A stretch of DNA of 64,000 nucleotides from Plasmodiophora brassicae. Its lineage: Eukaryota. Within the stretch, counting starts at the first letter, position 1, and each line of letters opens with the position of its first letter. The DNA lies in assembly GCA_036867785.1 (NCBI GenBank), contig CP145417.1:806001-870000 (forward strand), given 5' to 3'. Below, piece by piece: positions 37,816 through 47,448 of this stretch. The notes under the pieces are model-generated. The model made no database searches. It was not told the origin of the DNA and worked only from the letters and a program-made list of their open reading frames with translations. Made by a program: the position numbers and the translations under genes.

Positions 37816-39185
37816 GCAGCAGGTCCTCGATCCCCGCCGCCCTGAGCTGCTTGCTCATCGCGTCCGTCATGCCGGTCTTCACCGGCACCTGCGAGTTCCC
37901 TGGCACGGTCGTCCCCGCCGCCGCCTCGCTGAATGGCGCGGCCATCCTGGCCGCCGCCCTGTTGTTGACCGACGCGACCTTCTCGATCGCCGTCGTCTTG
38001 TCGTGCGACGCGATCGTCCCGACCGCCGTCGTCTTCTTGCCCATGACGATCGTCTTGACCGCCATCGCCGCCTCCTTGCAGCTGGGCTTGCGCCGTCTCT
38101 TGGCGCTTGCGGGTCTCCTCTCCGCGGGAGCCGCTGTCATCCTTGAACGGGAATTCGTTGGGGAAGAAGACCACGTCCGAAGACTCGATCATCTTGCGGC
38201 TGTGCCACAGCAGCAGCCGGTACGCCTTCTTGTCGATGCACACCCCCATGTGGACCGCGCGCTCGGCCCTGGCGTCCAGCTTGCACTTCTTTTGCCGCCG
38301 GATCCTGACCCACGCCTCGCAACCGAATGGCATCGCCCTCGACAGGTCTGCTTGTTCCCCCGTCAGTTCCTCGATTGGCGTCGTCCGGTGGCCGTGTCGT
38401 TGGAGCGGCACGCGGTTGGCTACCCACGTCTGATGCCGCCCGTTCTCGGTCCAGTACTTGCGCGGGACGCCTGACTGGACACGAGCTGCGCGCATCATCT
38501 TGACAATCTTGCCACCGAACGTCTCCGCGAGACCGTTCTGGTGCGGGCGGTCCGTGTCGCTGAACTCCTGTGCGATTCCCCGCTCGCGCAGCAGCTTCGC
38601 CAGGCGCGTCGAGGTGAACTCGCCGCCCTGGTCGGCGCGGAACGTGTCGACGCGTGTGCCGCCCATGACCTCGAGCCGGGTCAGCACGTCCATGACGACT
38701 TGCTCCTGGTCACCCTTATTTGCCAGGTTGACCGTGGCACCGACACCAGTCGCGTGGTCAACGTAGCACGCCATGTACGTCTTTCCGTCATGCGACCTGG
38801 TGTCGAACGTCTGCAGGTCCGCCCCGACGATCTGCAGCTTCGAGAGCACCGTCCGTGTCCGTCTCCGCGGGATCGCCGTTCGGTTGAGGTTGGCCTCGAT
38901 GCACACCTTGCACCTGGGCACCTCGTCGCTCGCCAGGTCGGCCTCGTCGATGTTGAGACCGGTGATTGCCCCGTTCTTGACTGCCTTTCTGATCGTGATC
39001 GTGGACAGGTGGCCGCACCTCGCGTGCGCCTCCGCCAATGATATCGTTCTGTCGCGCTTTACGTCCGCGGGCTTGCGCGTTTCCTTCTTCTCGGCCGGCT
39101 CCTCCTTGCTCGGGCTCTTGTTTTCTGGCTGGTTTGGATGATCGTGATCGGGGGCGGCCAGCGCCACCCCCGCTACTCGAAATCC
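37692..39185 (-). CDS. Copia integrase ORF in the -1 frame relative to gag-PR
   Basis: HARCGH...CKVC zinc domain; GADLQ, RADQGGEF, PHQNGLAE core; KLDARA and SSDVVFFPNEFPF. Confidence 0.9.
   Translation of the reverse strand, partial: GFRVAGVALAAPDHDHPNQPENKSPSKEEPAEKKETRKPADVKRDRTISLAEAHARCGHLSTITIRKAVKNGAITGLNIDEADLASDEVPRCKVCIEANLNRTAIPRRRTRTVLSKLQIVGADLQTFDTRSHDGKTYMACYVDHATGVGATVNLANKGDQEQVVMDVLTRLEVMGGTRVDTFRADQGGEFTSTRLAKLLRERGIAQEFSDTDRPHQNGLAETFGGKIVKMMRAARVQSGVPRKYWTENGRHQTWVANRVPLQRHGHRTTPIEELTGEQADLSRAMPFGCEAWVRIRRQKKCKLDARAERAVHMGVCIDKKAYRLLLWHSRKMIESSDVVFFPNEFPFKDDSGSRGEETRKRQETAQAQLQGGGDGGQDDRHGQEDDGGRDDRVARQDDGDREGRVGQQQGGGQDGRAIQRGGGGDDRARELAGAGEDRHDGRDEQAAQGGGDRGPAAQGVPEQPGSGAFRGDAPRAAICPEQHGCRHHLREEQDTGD
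39149..39185 (-). promoter_or_regulatory. Putative -1 programmed ribosomal frameshift signal
   Basis: G_GAT_TTC (39185-39179), 6-nt spacer GAGTAG, 10-bp stem CGGGGGTGGC/GCCGCCCCCG with GCTG loop. Confidence 0.8.
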
Positions 39186-40642
39186 TGGACCTTGTGCAGA
39201 TCCAGGTAGTACAGGCCCTTGCGGACCGTACTGGTCACGATCGTCCTTCCGGCCCCGTCCAGGAGCCGGGCTGAGCGCGTCTGCTCATGGTGCTCCGCGC
39301 CCGTCTTGCCGTCCTTGCCGAGCTGCAGGAGTGCCGAACGCACCGCGAAGATGTTCGCGGATGCATCTGGCGCGTACGCGACGTTTGTCAGCGTGATCGA
39401 CTTGCCGTTAGCCAGCTTGAGGCGGACGTTGCCCCTGGCATGGACCTTGATTCGCTGCGGGCCGATGCCGCCGATCGTCGGCCGGTCCTTGTCGGCGATG
39501 AAGTCCAGCTCCTCGAAGTGCGCCTTGTGGGTGGACACGTGGCCGCACGTCGCCGCGTTGTCGACGATGAAGTCGCGGATGCCCTTCCGCGGCGCGTCCT
39601 CGACGCCCGCCAGGCTCGTCAGGAGCGCGATCGACGCCGAACCGCCTTCCTCTTTGCCCCCCTTCCGCTTGCCGTTCCTGGCCTTGCCGCGCTCGGCGTT
39701 GCCGGTCTTCTTGCGGCTACGGCAGTCGGCCGCCCTGTGTCCAGCCTTTCCACAGTTGAAGCACTTGCCGGAGAACCCCGTCGTCGTCATGGCCGCCGAG
39801 GAGCCGCTGTCGTCGTCGCCGCGCTCTATCGCTCCCCGCTTGTACTGAGCGAGCACTTCTGCGCGGACCTTGCTTTGCGTCAGCTCTCCGATGGGACCGC
39901 GCAGCATCGCGTTGACTAAGTCCTTGTACTCGGTGTATGGCAGCGAGATAAGGACCTTCGTCGCCATGTCCGACTCAGTCTTCGTCCGATTCGGATCCGC
40001 CCGGGCCAGGTTGATGCCCAGGTCGCGCATCGCCGTCAGGTGCGCCTTGGTCTCCGTGAGGTCGGCGCCCGCCTTAAGCTTTGTTGTTGACAGAAGAATG
40101 TCGAACATCGCCAGGTCCGTGCCCGTTTGGCCGGAATACTCCGTCTGGATGGCGCTCCACGCCAGGTCCGGACGGTCGTCGGGTATGTCGAGTATCAAGG
40201 GAAGTTCGTCTTCATGCACGTTCTTCTTGATAGCGTACATTGCGTGGAGCCTCTCTTGCTCCGACGCCGGCTCTTCGTTGTGCCCGCGCGTCGCGGGCTC
40301 CACGGCCTTTTGCAGGCCCGACTTCTTGAGCATCGTCGTCATCGACGACGCCCAGACCAGGTAATTGTCCTTGCCCTTCAGCTGGACGGAGATCTTGATG
40401 CCGGACTCCTTCAGGCCCGTCAGCCTTTCCTTCTGCGCAGCTTCCAGCCGCGCCAGACGATCCTTGAGCGCCGCGTTCTCGCGCTGGCCGGTCCCGCTCC
40501 CGGCCGCCGCTGCTTGCAGACGTTCAACCTCCGCCTCCAGCCGATCCTGCTGCCGCTGGGCCTCGGACAGCGCAGCGCTTATCTGGGCGATCACGGCCTC
40601 TGCTTGGGCCAGGTCGGCTGGGATGCTTGGGATCGTCGCCAT
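39173..40642 (-). CDS. Copia Gag-protease ORF
   Basis: LKGKDNYLVWASSM, zinc knuckle CFNCGKAGHRAADC, protease FIVDNAATCGH, LTNVAYAP. Confidence 0.92.
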   Translation of the reverse strand: MATIPSIPADLAQAEAVIAQISAALSEAQRQQDRLEAEVERLQAAAAGSGTGQRENAALKDRLARLEAAQKERLTGLKESGIKISVQLKGKDNYLVWASSMTTMLKKSGLQKAVEPATRGHNEEPASEQERLHAMYAIKKNVHEDELPLILDIPDDRPDLAWSAIQTEYSGQTGTDLAMFDILLSTTKLKAGADLTETKAHLTAMRDLGINLARADPNRTKTESDMATKVLISLPYTEYKDLVNAMLRGPIGELTQSKVRAEVLAQYKRGAIERGDDDSGSSAAMTTTGFSGKCFNCGKAGHRAADCRSRKKTGNAERGKARNGKRKGGKEEGGSASIALLTSLAGVEDAPRKGIRDFIVDNAATCGHVSTHKAHFEELDFIADKDRPTIGGIGPQRIKVHARGNVRLKLANGKSITLTNVAYAPDASANIFAVRSALLQLGKDGKTGAEHHEQTRSARLLDGAGRTIVTSTVRKGLYYLDLHKVQDFE

Positions 40643-40647
40643 CAGAG

Positions 40648-40663
40648 AGTGGGACTCTTAATC
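40648..40663 (-). promoter_or_regulatory. Primer-binding site complementary to the anticodon arm of tRNA-Lys(CTT)
   Basis: Plus-strand TGGGACTCTTAATC abuts the LTR and matches the eukaryotic tRNA-Lys(CTT) anticodon stem-loop as I recall it. Confidence 0.75.
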
Positions 40664-40957
40664 TGATTCAAGCAGTTCGAAGCGCTTAGGAAAGTGAAAG
40701 TCCCCAGTGTATCTAACGTGGGGGAAGCCGACGTCCCCATGACGTCGCACACACAGTGGCACGGTCGCCACTGTGCACCAGTTGCGTCACGTCGTCGTGA
40801 CTCATGGGTCGGCCACTGTCGCTAGCCTTCCCATTATGAATCAGCGCGAGCAGACGATGTAACGCCCGTTCAAGGTTGTAGATGTGATCTGTGGCGTCGT
40901 GCTCCCTCTTTTTCAGTTACAAAATTATTGCAAAGCGCGTAGGTGCCAGCGTTGGAG

Positions 40958-42140
40958 ATGGCGGCCGCTCATGGTGTACACGTGTCCGAAGCAATTGAAA
41001 GCCAACATGCTACAGAGAACACCAAACTGCATGCGCTGTACGCCTACTATTTCATCGGCCTCAAGCAGAATCAGATAGCCCTTTTGTATCGCAAGGCGCC
41101 ATCGACGATCGGCAGATGGATCGAGCGGTACGAGCGCACCGGTGCCGTATCCCGTAAGGCAACAGAGTCGCAGCGGAAGTACACGCCTGAACACCGCGAA
41201 TGGATAAGGGACTACTTCCTCGCCAACCCTTTGTCCTTTCTTGACGAAGCCAAGCTGGCATTCGAAATCAACTGGAAGAACGACATCAGTTTGAGCACGA
41301 TCTGGCGCATACTTCGCGAATACGGCTTTACTCGAAAGGTACGACTCGAACAGGAATGGGTTATCAGTTTCGGCTTACTGTTGAATAGCTCATTGTCCGT
41401 CGAGCCATCCAGATCAAGGAAGCAGACATCGTCCGATTCTTCGAGGAACTCAACGCTATCGACTGGACCCACTCCAGCCTGTGCTTTCTTGACGAGTTCG
41501 GCCTCGACAACCGGGACATGCTACGTCGCAAGGGTTATGCGCTTAAGGTCTGTCGACGAGTTCCCCAACGTTATCCGTATACAGGACCCTAACATGCGTT
41601 ATGCAGGGCCAGGAACTGCTCTTCAGAGGCGAATTCGTCAGAAGGCCGCGTAGCTCGTTGTTGTGCTTCATCGGATGTGATGGGTTGGAAGGCACATTTC
41701 TCACAGAGGGCACGTTCGATCGTCAGAAATTTGTCGAATGCGTCCGTGAGCATGCTCTGTCCGGCCGAGTTCAGAAGCATCCTGGGCGGCAATCGGTTTG
41801 GATCATGGATGGAGCCAGGATACATTGCCATCATACGATAGTCGAGTACCTACGGGATCTCGGCATCATTCCCATCTTCCTGCCAGCCTACTGTCCGATG
41901 TTCAACCCGATTGAGATTGTGTTCGGTCTTGTCAAGAAAAGCCTTAGGCGTTGGTATGCTGAAGGCAATGTCAAACCGAAGGACCTCCCTGTTGTAATCT
42001 TAACGGAACTCAAGAAGTTTCGGAGATATGATATGAGAGGTCTGTTCAAGAAATGTGGGTTTGGCGCAAACGGAAAGTTCAATCCAGGCGTCGCCTACAA
42101 GGACATCACCAATCGCATGACGGAGGCCGGATTCGAATAA
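40958..42140 (+). CDS. IS630/Tc1-mariner transposase (DD34E); introns 41339-41388 and 41548-41606
   Basis: HTH (IALLYRKAPSTIGRWI), FLDEFG, IMDGARIH...FLPAYCPMFNPIE with 34 residues between D and E; spliced frame intact. TIRs not found. Confidence 0.9.
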
Positions 42141-42142
42141 AT

Positions 42143-43312
42143 TTATTGATCCTCATGGTCTACATCACTCTGATTGGGAGCCCTCTGCAGCCTGTTCAGA
42201 TTATCAGGAAGTTCCTCGGGATGAAGACTAGCCCTAAGCGCCTCAGCAACTCGTCGATGTCGGCGCACGGTGTCGCGCATCTGCCGCATCTGGCACCCAA
42301 CGCTGTCGCGAAACGCCTCGATCTGGCGATGGATAAAGTCCTGAAACTCTTGCAAGTGATCGTCCATCGTGTCCAGAATCGCTAGCGTTGTGGAATTGTC
42401 TTCCCGGAGGGTCGTGAGCAACGGTCCATTTTGTAGTGGCGAGTGCTCGAAGAGGTGGACGATTTCGTATGGAGGCGGATCCTCGATCAAAGCAGCTCGA
42501 CGTGTGACCGGCTCGCGCGCGATGCGACTGGCCCAAATCCGCCAGTTGGCTGACTGGGATTGATATACCGTTCCCCAGTGATCCTTCAGTTGGCGTTCGA
42601 TCGCTCTCACTTGTTCATCGGCAGCGGCGCGAGCACGGTCCAACTGCGGAGCCGAGAACACAGACGCTTGAAACTTCTTGAAGTCCGATGCGTTTCGCAG
42701 CTCTTTCCCGTACTGATAAATGAATAGACTCGGGACGTCCTTACTCCAGCGGTTAAGCGTGTCCTTGGTTATGCCTGTATGCCAAGAACAACATTCAGTG
42801 ACTAACTTCAATTTGAACGTTAGCACAACAGTTGGGGTACGCATTGGATCTCGGTGATCCTCGCCATGTGGACGGTGGAAGGCGTAGAAGTGATTGTTGT
42901 GTTTGATGGCAACAAACTGGTCCAGTGACGTTAACGTTACGGTCTCCTTAGCAAGTATATACGTCGAGTCGTCGTCAGATGACTTGCGAGCCAGGCCGTC
43001 TACGTTTTCTTGAACGAGACCAAGTACGGCGTCTGTAAAGTCGCCAACGGTGGCCACTTCGACGTCGAATTGGCCTAGAACGTGATACAACGTGTTCCGC
43101 GGCTGTATGCTTACATACGGTTTCACAATCACGTCAAGTGTGACATGAACACGATCATCTCCTTCGAGGATCTCATTGGCGGTTGATCCACTATCCCCAG
43201 GTCCAGACGACGCCATCGTTGGTCGAACAGCTGGCAACCTGAGCGCGCTGATCGCAGGCTGACGTACGGAGTTTGGTGATGATCCGGAGCGATCCTGACC
43301 AGTCATCACCAA
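42143..43312 (-). CDS. Hypothetical protein convergent with the DD34E transposase (may contain an intron near 42780-42840)
   Basis: 389-aa ORF; LKDHWG...NWRIWASRI and a coiled-coil C-terminus. Confidence 0.7.
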   Translation of the reverse strand: MVMTGQDRSGSSPNSVRQPAISALRLPAVRPTMASSGPGDSGSTANEILEGDDRVHVTLDVIVKPYVSIQPRNTLYHVLGQFDVEVATVGDFTDAVLGLVQENVDGLARKSSDDDSTYILAKETVTLTSLDQFVAIKHNNHFYAFHRPHGEDHRDPMRTPTVVLTFKLKLVTECCSWHTGITKDTLNRWSKDVPSLFIYQYGKELRNASDFKKFQASVFSAPQLDRARAAADEQVRAIERQLKDHWGTVYQSQSANWRIWASRIAREPVTRRAALIEDPPPYEIVHLFEHSPLQNGPLLTTLREDNSTTLAILDTMDDHLQEFQDFIHRQIEAFRDSVGCQMRQMRDTVRRHRRVAEALRASLHPEELPDNLNRLQRAPNQSDVDHEDQ

Positions 43313-43521
43313 AAAATGCCGTCGCGATACTTGGATCCACGGCTGTCAACTGACGCAGAAAATTTCATTTTGGATGAAAACGACCAATATTATTGCGACC
43401 GATTAGTTTCCCATTCTGAGATGCTCATGATTCGACCACATCGATGACATGTGCGGAAGACGATCGCCGTTAGGGTCCAGGAGACACTCGCTACATTTGT
43501 ATTCTAGAAAAGCAAAAGGAA

Positions 43522-43606
43522 TGCGTTCGGCAGGATTCGAACCTGCGCCCCCCGAAGAAGACTAGAACCTGAATCTAGCGCCTTGGACCAACTCGGCCAC
43601 GAACGC
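43522..43606 (-). tRNA. tRNA-Leu(CAG)
   Basis: Acceptor GCGTTCG/CGAACGC, anticodon CTAGA-TTCAGGT-TCTAG, long variable arm, GCAGG-TTCGAAT-CCTGC, downstream T-runs. Confidence 0.95.
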
Positions 43607-43813
43607 GCGGTTGTTCTGCAAGCGATCGGCGATGACTGATGCCTCATAAGCCATACCAGTCCTGGCTCTAAATCAGTCGAGCGCATGGACAGGGTTGATG
43701 GGATCCGAACCCATTAGAACATTACAGTAGTTTGCTCAGCTGAAGAGAATGGTCAATGGGGCCGCCTTCAGTTTAATGTCGTCGGATGCAAGTCAGGCCA
43801 GACGCACGATCAT

Positions 43814-44821
43814 CTAATCGTCATCGCCGCTCATGACGGGATCGTCATTTCTGGCAGCCAGCAACAGCTCTTCAGCGTCGCGACGTCCCAGGGCCCAGTC
43901 CAGCGGTGCCCGGTCATGTACGTCCTTCACCCAAATAAGGACCCCTTCGACCTTCAGCAGTACGCGGATGACATCGGCCTGTCCGTCAGCAGCAGCATAG
44001 TGCAGAGGCGTCATTCCTTCCTTGTCACGAGCGTTGACGTTGATTCCGCTGACATTTAACAGCAACTCGACGATTTCGACATCTCCAGCCGATGCGGCTG
44101 CGTGCAGAGCCGTCATCCCGTCTTCGTCCTTAGCGTTAACCATCTTGGACACGTGCACCAGCAATGCTACAACGTCGACGTGTCCGCGCGACGCTGCTAT
44201 GAGCAAGGGCGTCGTTCCCGTGTAGTCGCATGCGTCGACGTTGATTCCGTTTGCCCTTATCAGTAGTGTTACGACGTCGACATGACCTTCGCTGGCGGCT
44301 GCTAGTAGTGGCGTCTTGCCGAGCTTGTCCTGTGCATTGACGTCGACCCCAGGGTCACTGAGAAGCAGAGCGACAATTTCAACGTGCCCACGTTCAGCGG
44401 CAACGCGCAAGGGCGTCATGCCATCTTCGACGTCGGGTATACGGACGTTAATTCCTGGACAGTTCAACAGCATCTCGGCAACCAGAGTCTGGTTTTCTCT
44501 TGCGGCCCAGTTCAATACGTTCCCAAGAGAATCCCATGGTTGGTCGTTGATAGCAGTGAGATCGCCGGTACCGCCAGCCCGCAGGTTGTTAAGGACTTGA
44601 TTGACAATTGCTTTCTGTGGATTGGTGCCGGCAGAACGGTAAAGGCGAGCGATACCAGGGGCGTGCAATAGGTGGCCCATGGCAGATGAGGCGCTGGCAA
44701 TGCGGTTATTCGAGCGGCGACTTGGTCTACCGGCGCCATCGGTAACGCCGTACAGAAACACGATTACAACGAAGGCCGTCGTTGCAACACGAAAGCTCGT
44801 CGGGGTGCCCATCAGATGCAT
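43814..44821 (-). CDS. Secreted ankyrin-repeat protein (candidate effector), single exon
   Basis: Signal-like FRVATTAFVVIVFLYGVTDG followed by about 7 canonical repeats (GMTPLRVAAERGHVEIVALLL). Confidence 0.88.
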   Translation of the reverse strand: MHLMGTPTSFRVATTAFVVIVFLYGVTDGAGRPSRRSNNRIASASSAMGHLLHAPGIARLYRSAGTNPQKAIVNQVLNNLRAGGTGDLTAINDQPWDSLGNVLNWAARENQTLVAEMLLNCPGINVRIPDVEDGMTPLRVAAERGHVEIVALLLSDPGVDVNAQDKLGKTPLLAAASEGHVDVVTLLIRANGINVDACDYTGTTPLLIAASRGHVDVVALLVHVSKMVNAKDEDGMTALHAAASAGDVEIVELLLNVSGINVNARDKEGMTPLHYAAADGQADVIRVLLKVEGVLIWVKDVHDRAPLDWALGRRDAEELLLAARNDDPVMSGDDD

Positions 44822-47448
44822 CTCTGTATCGGACGTTCCTCTTGTCTGAACGCTGCTCAGCTCGTCGTTTCCGTCAGATACTACAATGCAATCCTGGAAG
44901 ACAAACCGCGCCGGAAAATCTGACGCGCAGTCGCGGAGTTTCCACTGCGAGCACAACAGATGGCCAGTATTTCGTTGCACAACAGTTATCGTTCCTTCCA
45001 AAGTAATCGTGGATGTTTCAGAATCAATTCCTTGTGCAACACAATATTCAGATTGACATTGAGCAATCTCGGAAACGGTATAGGCCAGACAAACTCGTGA
45101 CCTGGTGCGGTCGACACAGGCAGCATATCGGCTACAGCGGGGCTATGTACAATTCTGCGGAGGAGCGACAAATCGGCTACATCAGAGCATCCCCAACCCG
45201 TAGCTATTTCCCTAGCTATAGTCAAAATTTAGCTAGAAAACAGCCCCACCCGGGCTAGCTATCGCTATATTTTCCGGGTTGACCGACAATTAACGCCAAC
45301 TCGAGACTGTTGTGATCCAGTTTGTCGACCTCGTCTGAATCTCCAAACGTAAATCGACTTCCGGTCTGGGTGCGGAACAATCGGCATATCCAGCCCTGAC
45401 AAAGTGCTGGGTAAATAACCCAATGACGACAATAACCTGGTGCTGTTCTCCTACCGGTTCCTCGCTGTCGCCGACATCACTTGGAACGCTTGTACGATGT
45501 TACGCGCAAATCAGATTGTCGCTGATAACGCGCGTTTCACGTAGTGCATCCATCGCTCCACGAAAGCAGTTCCAGGCACTCTGCCTGGCACAAGCCGTCA
45601 ACACAATGAGAGCACTCGTATGTAGTATTTTCCTACTGAAATGGTTTTCATGGTCGCTGGTCCGCATCCCAGCGAGCGCGGCACGAAATTTCAGAGCGAT
45701 ATTGTCAAGGGCATACATATATAACAGGGGTGGCAAACGTTGAATAGCCCTTGTGAGGAAAAGGCTGCCACTTTAGCCAGTTCCATATAATCATATCCCT
45801 GAGATGACGTCAGAAAACTGGCAGACGCGCTCAAGCAGCGATGAGTACCTCTGGACGTGGAGAAGACGCGTCCACTTTGGGAACCTATCGGACGCGTCCC
45901 CGAAGGAACCGCAAACTTGATGCCAATGTTGTGGTCCACGCCTTGTAACCTGAAGAATGGATATTCAAATTCTTACAATCTGAAGAGGGATAAAGCATAT
46001 CAAACCGGTGAAAAAGATGCTTCAGAACACTCGGCATGGCATTCACCAGCATCGGGCGGAAGGGCTTCCCCGACATCAAGATCGACAGTGGACAGGTTGC
46101 ATTCAGCGTCATGCGTACGGTAACATGCATCTTAACGGCCTCTGCTGATGCATGGTCGGAGCCATACGACTTATCAGAAACAGATGAATCGGAATCCTCA
46201 TGCGTATGATCGACGACAGAAGAGCTGACGATGATGGGCATTGGAGACGATGGACGAGTGCTGTTCGATGGTGGAATCTGACTATAAGACGAACTGGCCG
46301 CATCAGTGCGTGCAGCCTTCCTGGCACGAAGAAGACGAGGCAGCGAGGCGACACACGGTGCGGCAAGTGAGAGGAAGCCGCCGAAACAGGCGAACCGCGT
46401 ACACTACGCGTATCAGTGGCAGACCGCACGCGTAGACGGGAAATTGTTTCTCTTCCCGCGGGATGACACCCCCGATTGATCCCGCGGGACGAAAAGGACG
46501 TACTTTTTCATCCCGCGGGATCACATCCCGCGGGATGAAACGTCATATTGATCCCGCGGGGCGAAGCGGCATTTCCCGCGGGACGAATCTATAGGTTCAT
46601 CCCGCGGACGAAAAGCCAGCGTGTCGTGCTCAGGAAGGAGTAGTTGGTGCGTCGGGTACAGGACGGAGCCAGTCTCACTCGACGGTCAGCTGTTTGACCT
46701 AGCGGGCTCATTCTTTCCGTCAGGAACAATAGACTTAACAATTACGCCAGAACAAATGCAACCGCCAGCCGCGGGTGGAGGATGGAGCCGGTCTCCCGGT
46801 CTCGCTCGACGGGCAGCTGTTTGTCAACGGCGACTAACGCAGATCTTCACTGGTGCTCATTCGCTATATCATGAACAATAAACTTTAAGGCGGTGTTGCA
46901 ACTTTACTATTTGTTATCGAGGTAGAAATCGGCGTGCAAAAACCAGTACATCCAGCGCAACCTCATGACGTCCATGCACGACGACTTGAACGTTACCGGA
47001 AGGCTTCTGGCAAGAGCTTCCGCCATTGTCAAAACAAGCATGCCGCAATTGCAATCGTCCAATTGGCGCGGTCCCGCCAAGACTCTCGTCTCGAAAGGCT
47101 TGGCAGGAAACGCCGAAGTCGCCCAGGGCATGATGGCATTGGTCGCGATGGATCGCAGACGAGCGGTGTAGGTTGGATCGCAAAGACTGTCGTACAGGTA
47201 CACCAGCCCCAAGGCAGCGTCGACGACGACCAGACACCAATGCACATTGAAGAACTAGGTACCATGAAACCAGCAGTGAGCAAAACCCGTAAGTCAACAG
47301 CAGAATGGATTGGACTTACGTTGACTGGACAAAGGAACATCGTTGCGCTCGAGTCACATTCGGCGATGACTCCCCACCTGCCGTGGTCGTTCATCTCGAC
47401 TTTGCACGGCGCCACGTGCGTGCTGTCCTTTGAAATCAGAGTCATTGC

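Larger units (their letters stand above)
36974..40843 (-). mobile_element. Ty1/Copia LTR retrotransposon, RT largely deleted; 180-bp LTRs; 5-bp TSD GCGCG
   Basis: LTRs 36974-37153 and 40664-40843 look identical and run TGATTCA...TGAATCA; GCGCG at 36969-36973 and 40844-40848; domain order gag-PR-IN-RNase H. Confidence 0.97.

Noticed and set aside
37816-38140. N-terminal half of the 326-aa ORF 37160-38140 as a real protein
   Set aside because: It is the alternative frame of the integrase linker; only the part from about NNPGREH onward has RT/RNase H motifs.
36600-43500. TIRs for the DD34E transposase element
   Set aside because: Compared 36600-36970 with 43310-43500 by eye and found only weak similarity; no element boundaries claimed.
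46438-46615. CCCGCGGG repeats with variable spacers, superficially CRISPR-like
   Set aside because: Repeats are 8-10 nt with irregular short spacers, mirrored at 53243-53419 and bounded by a 9-bp TSD; these are MULE termini, and there are no cas genes.
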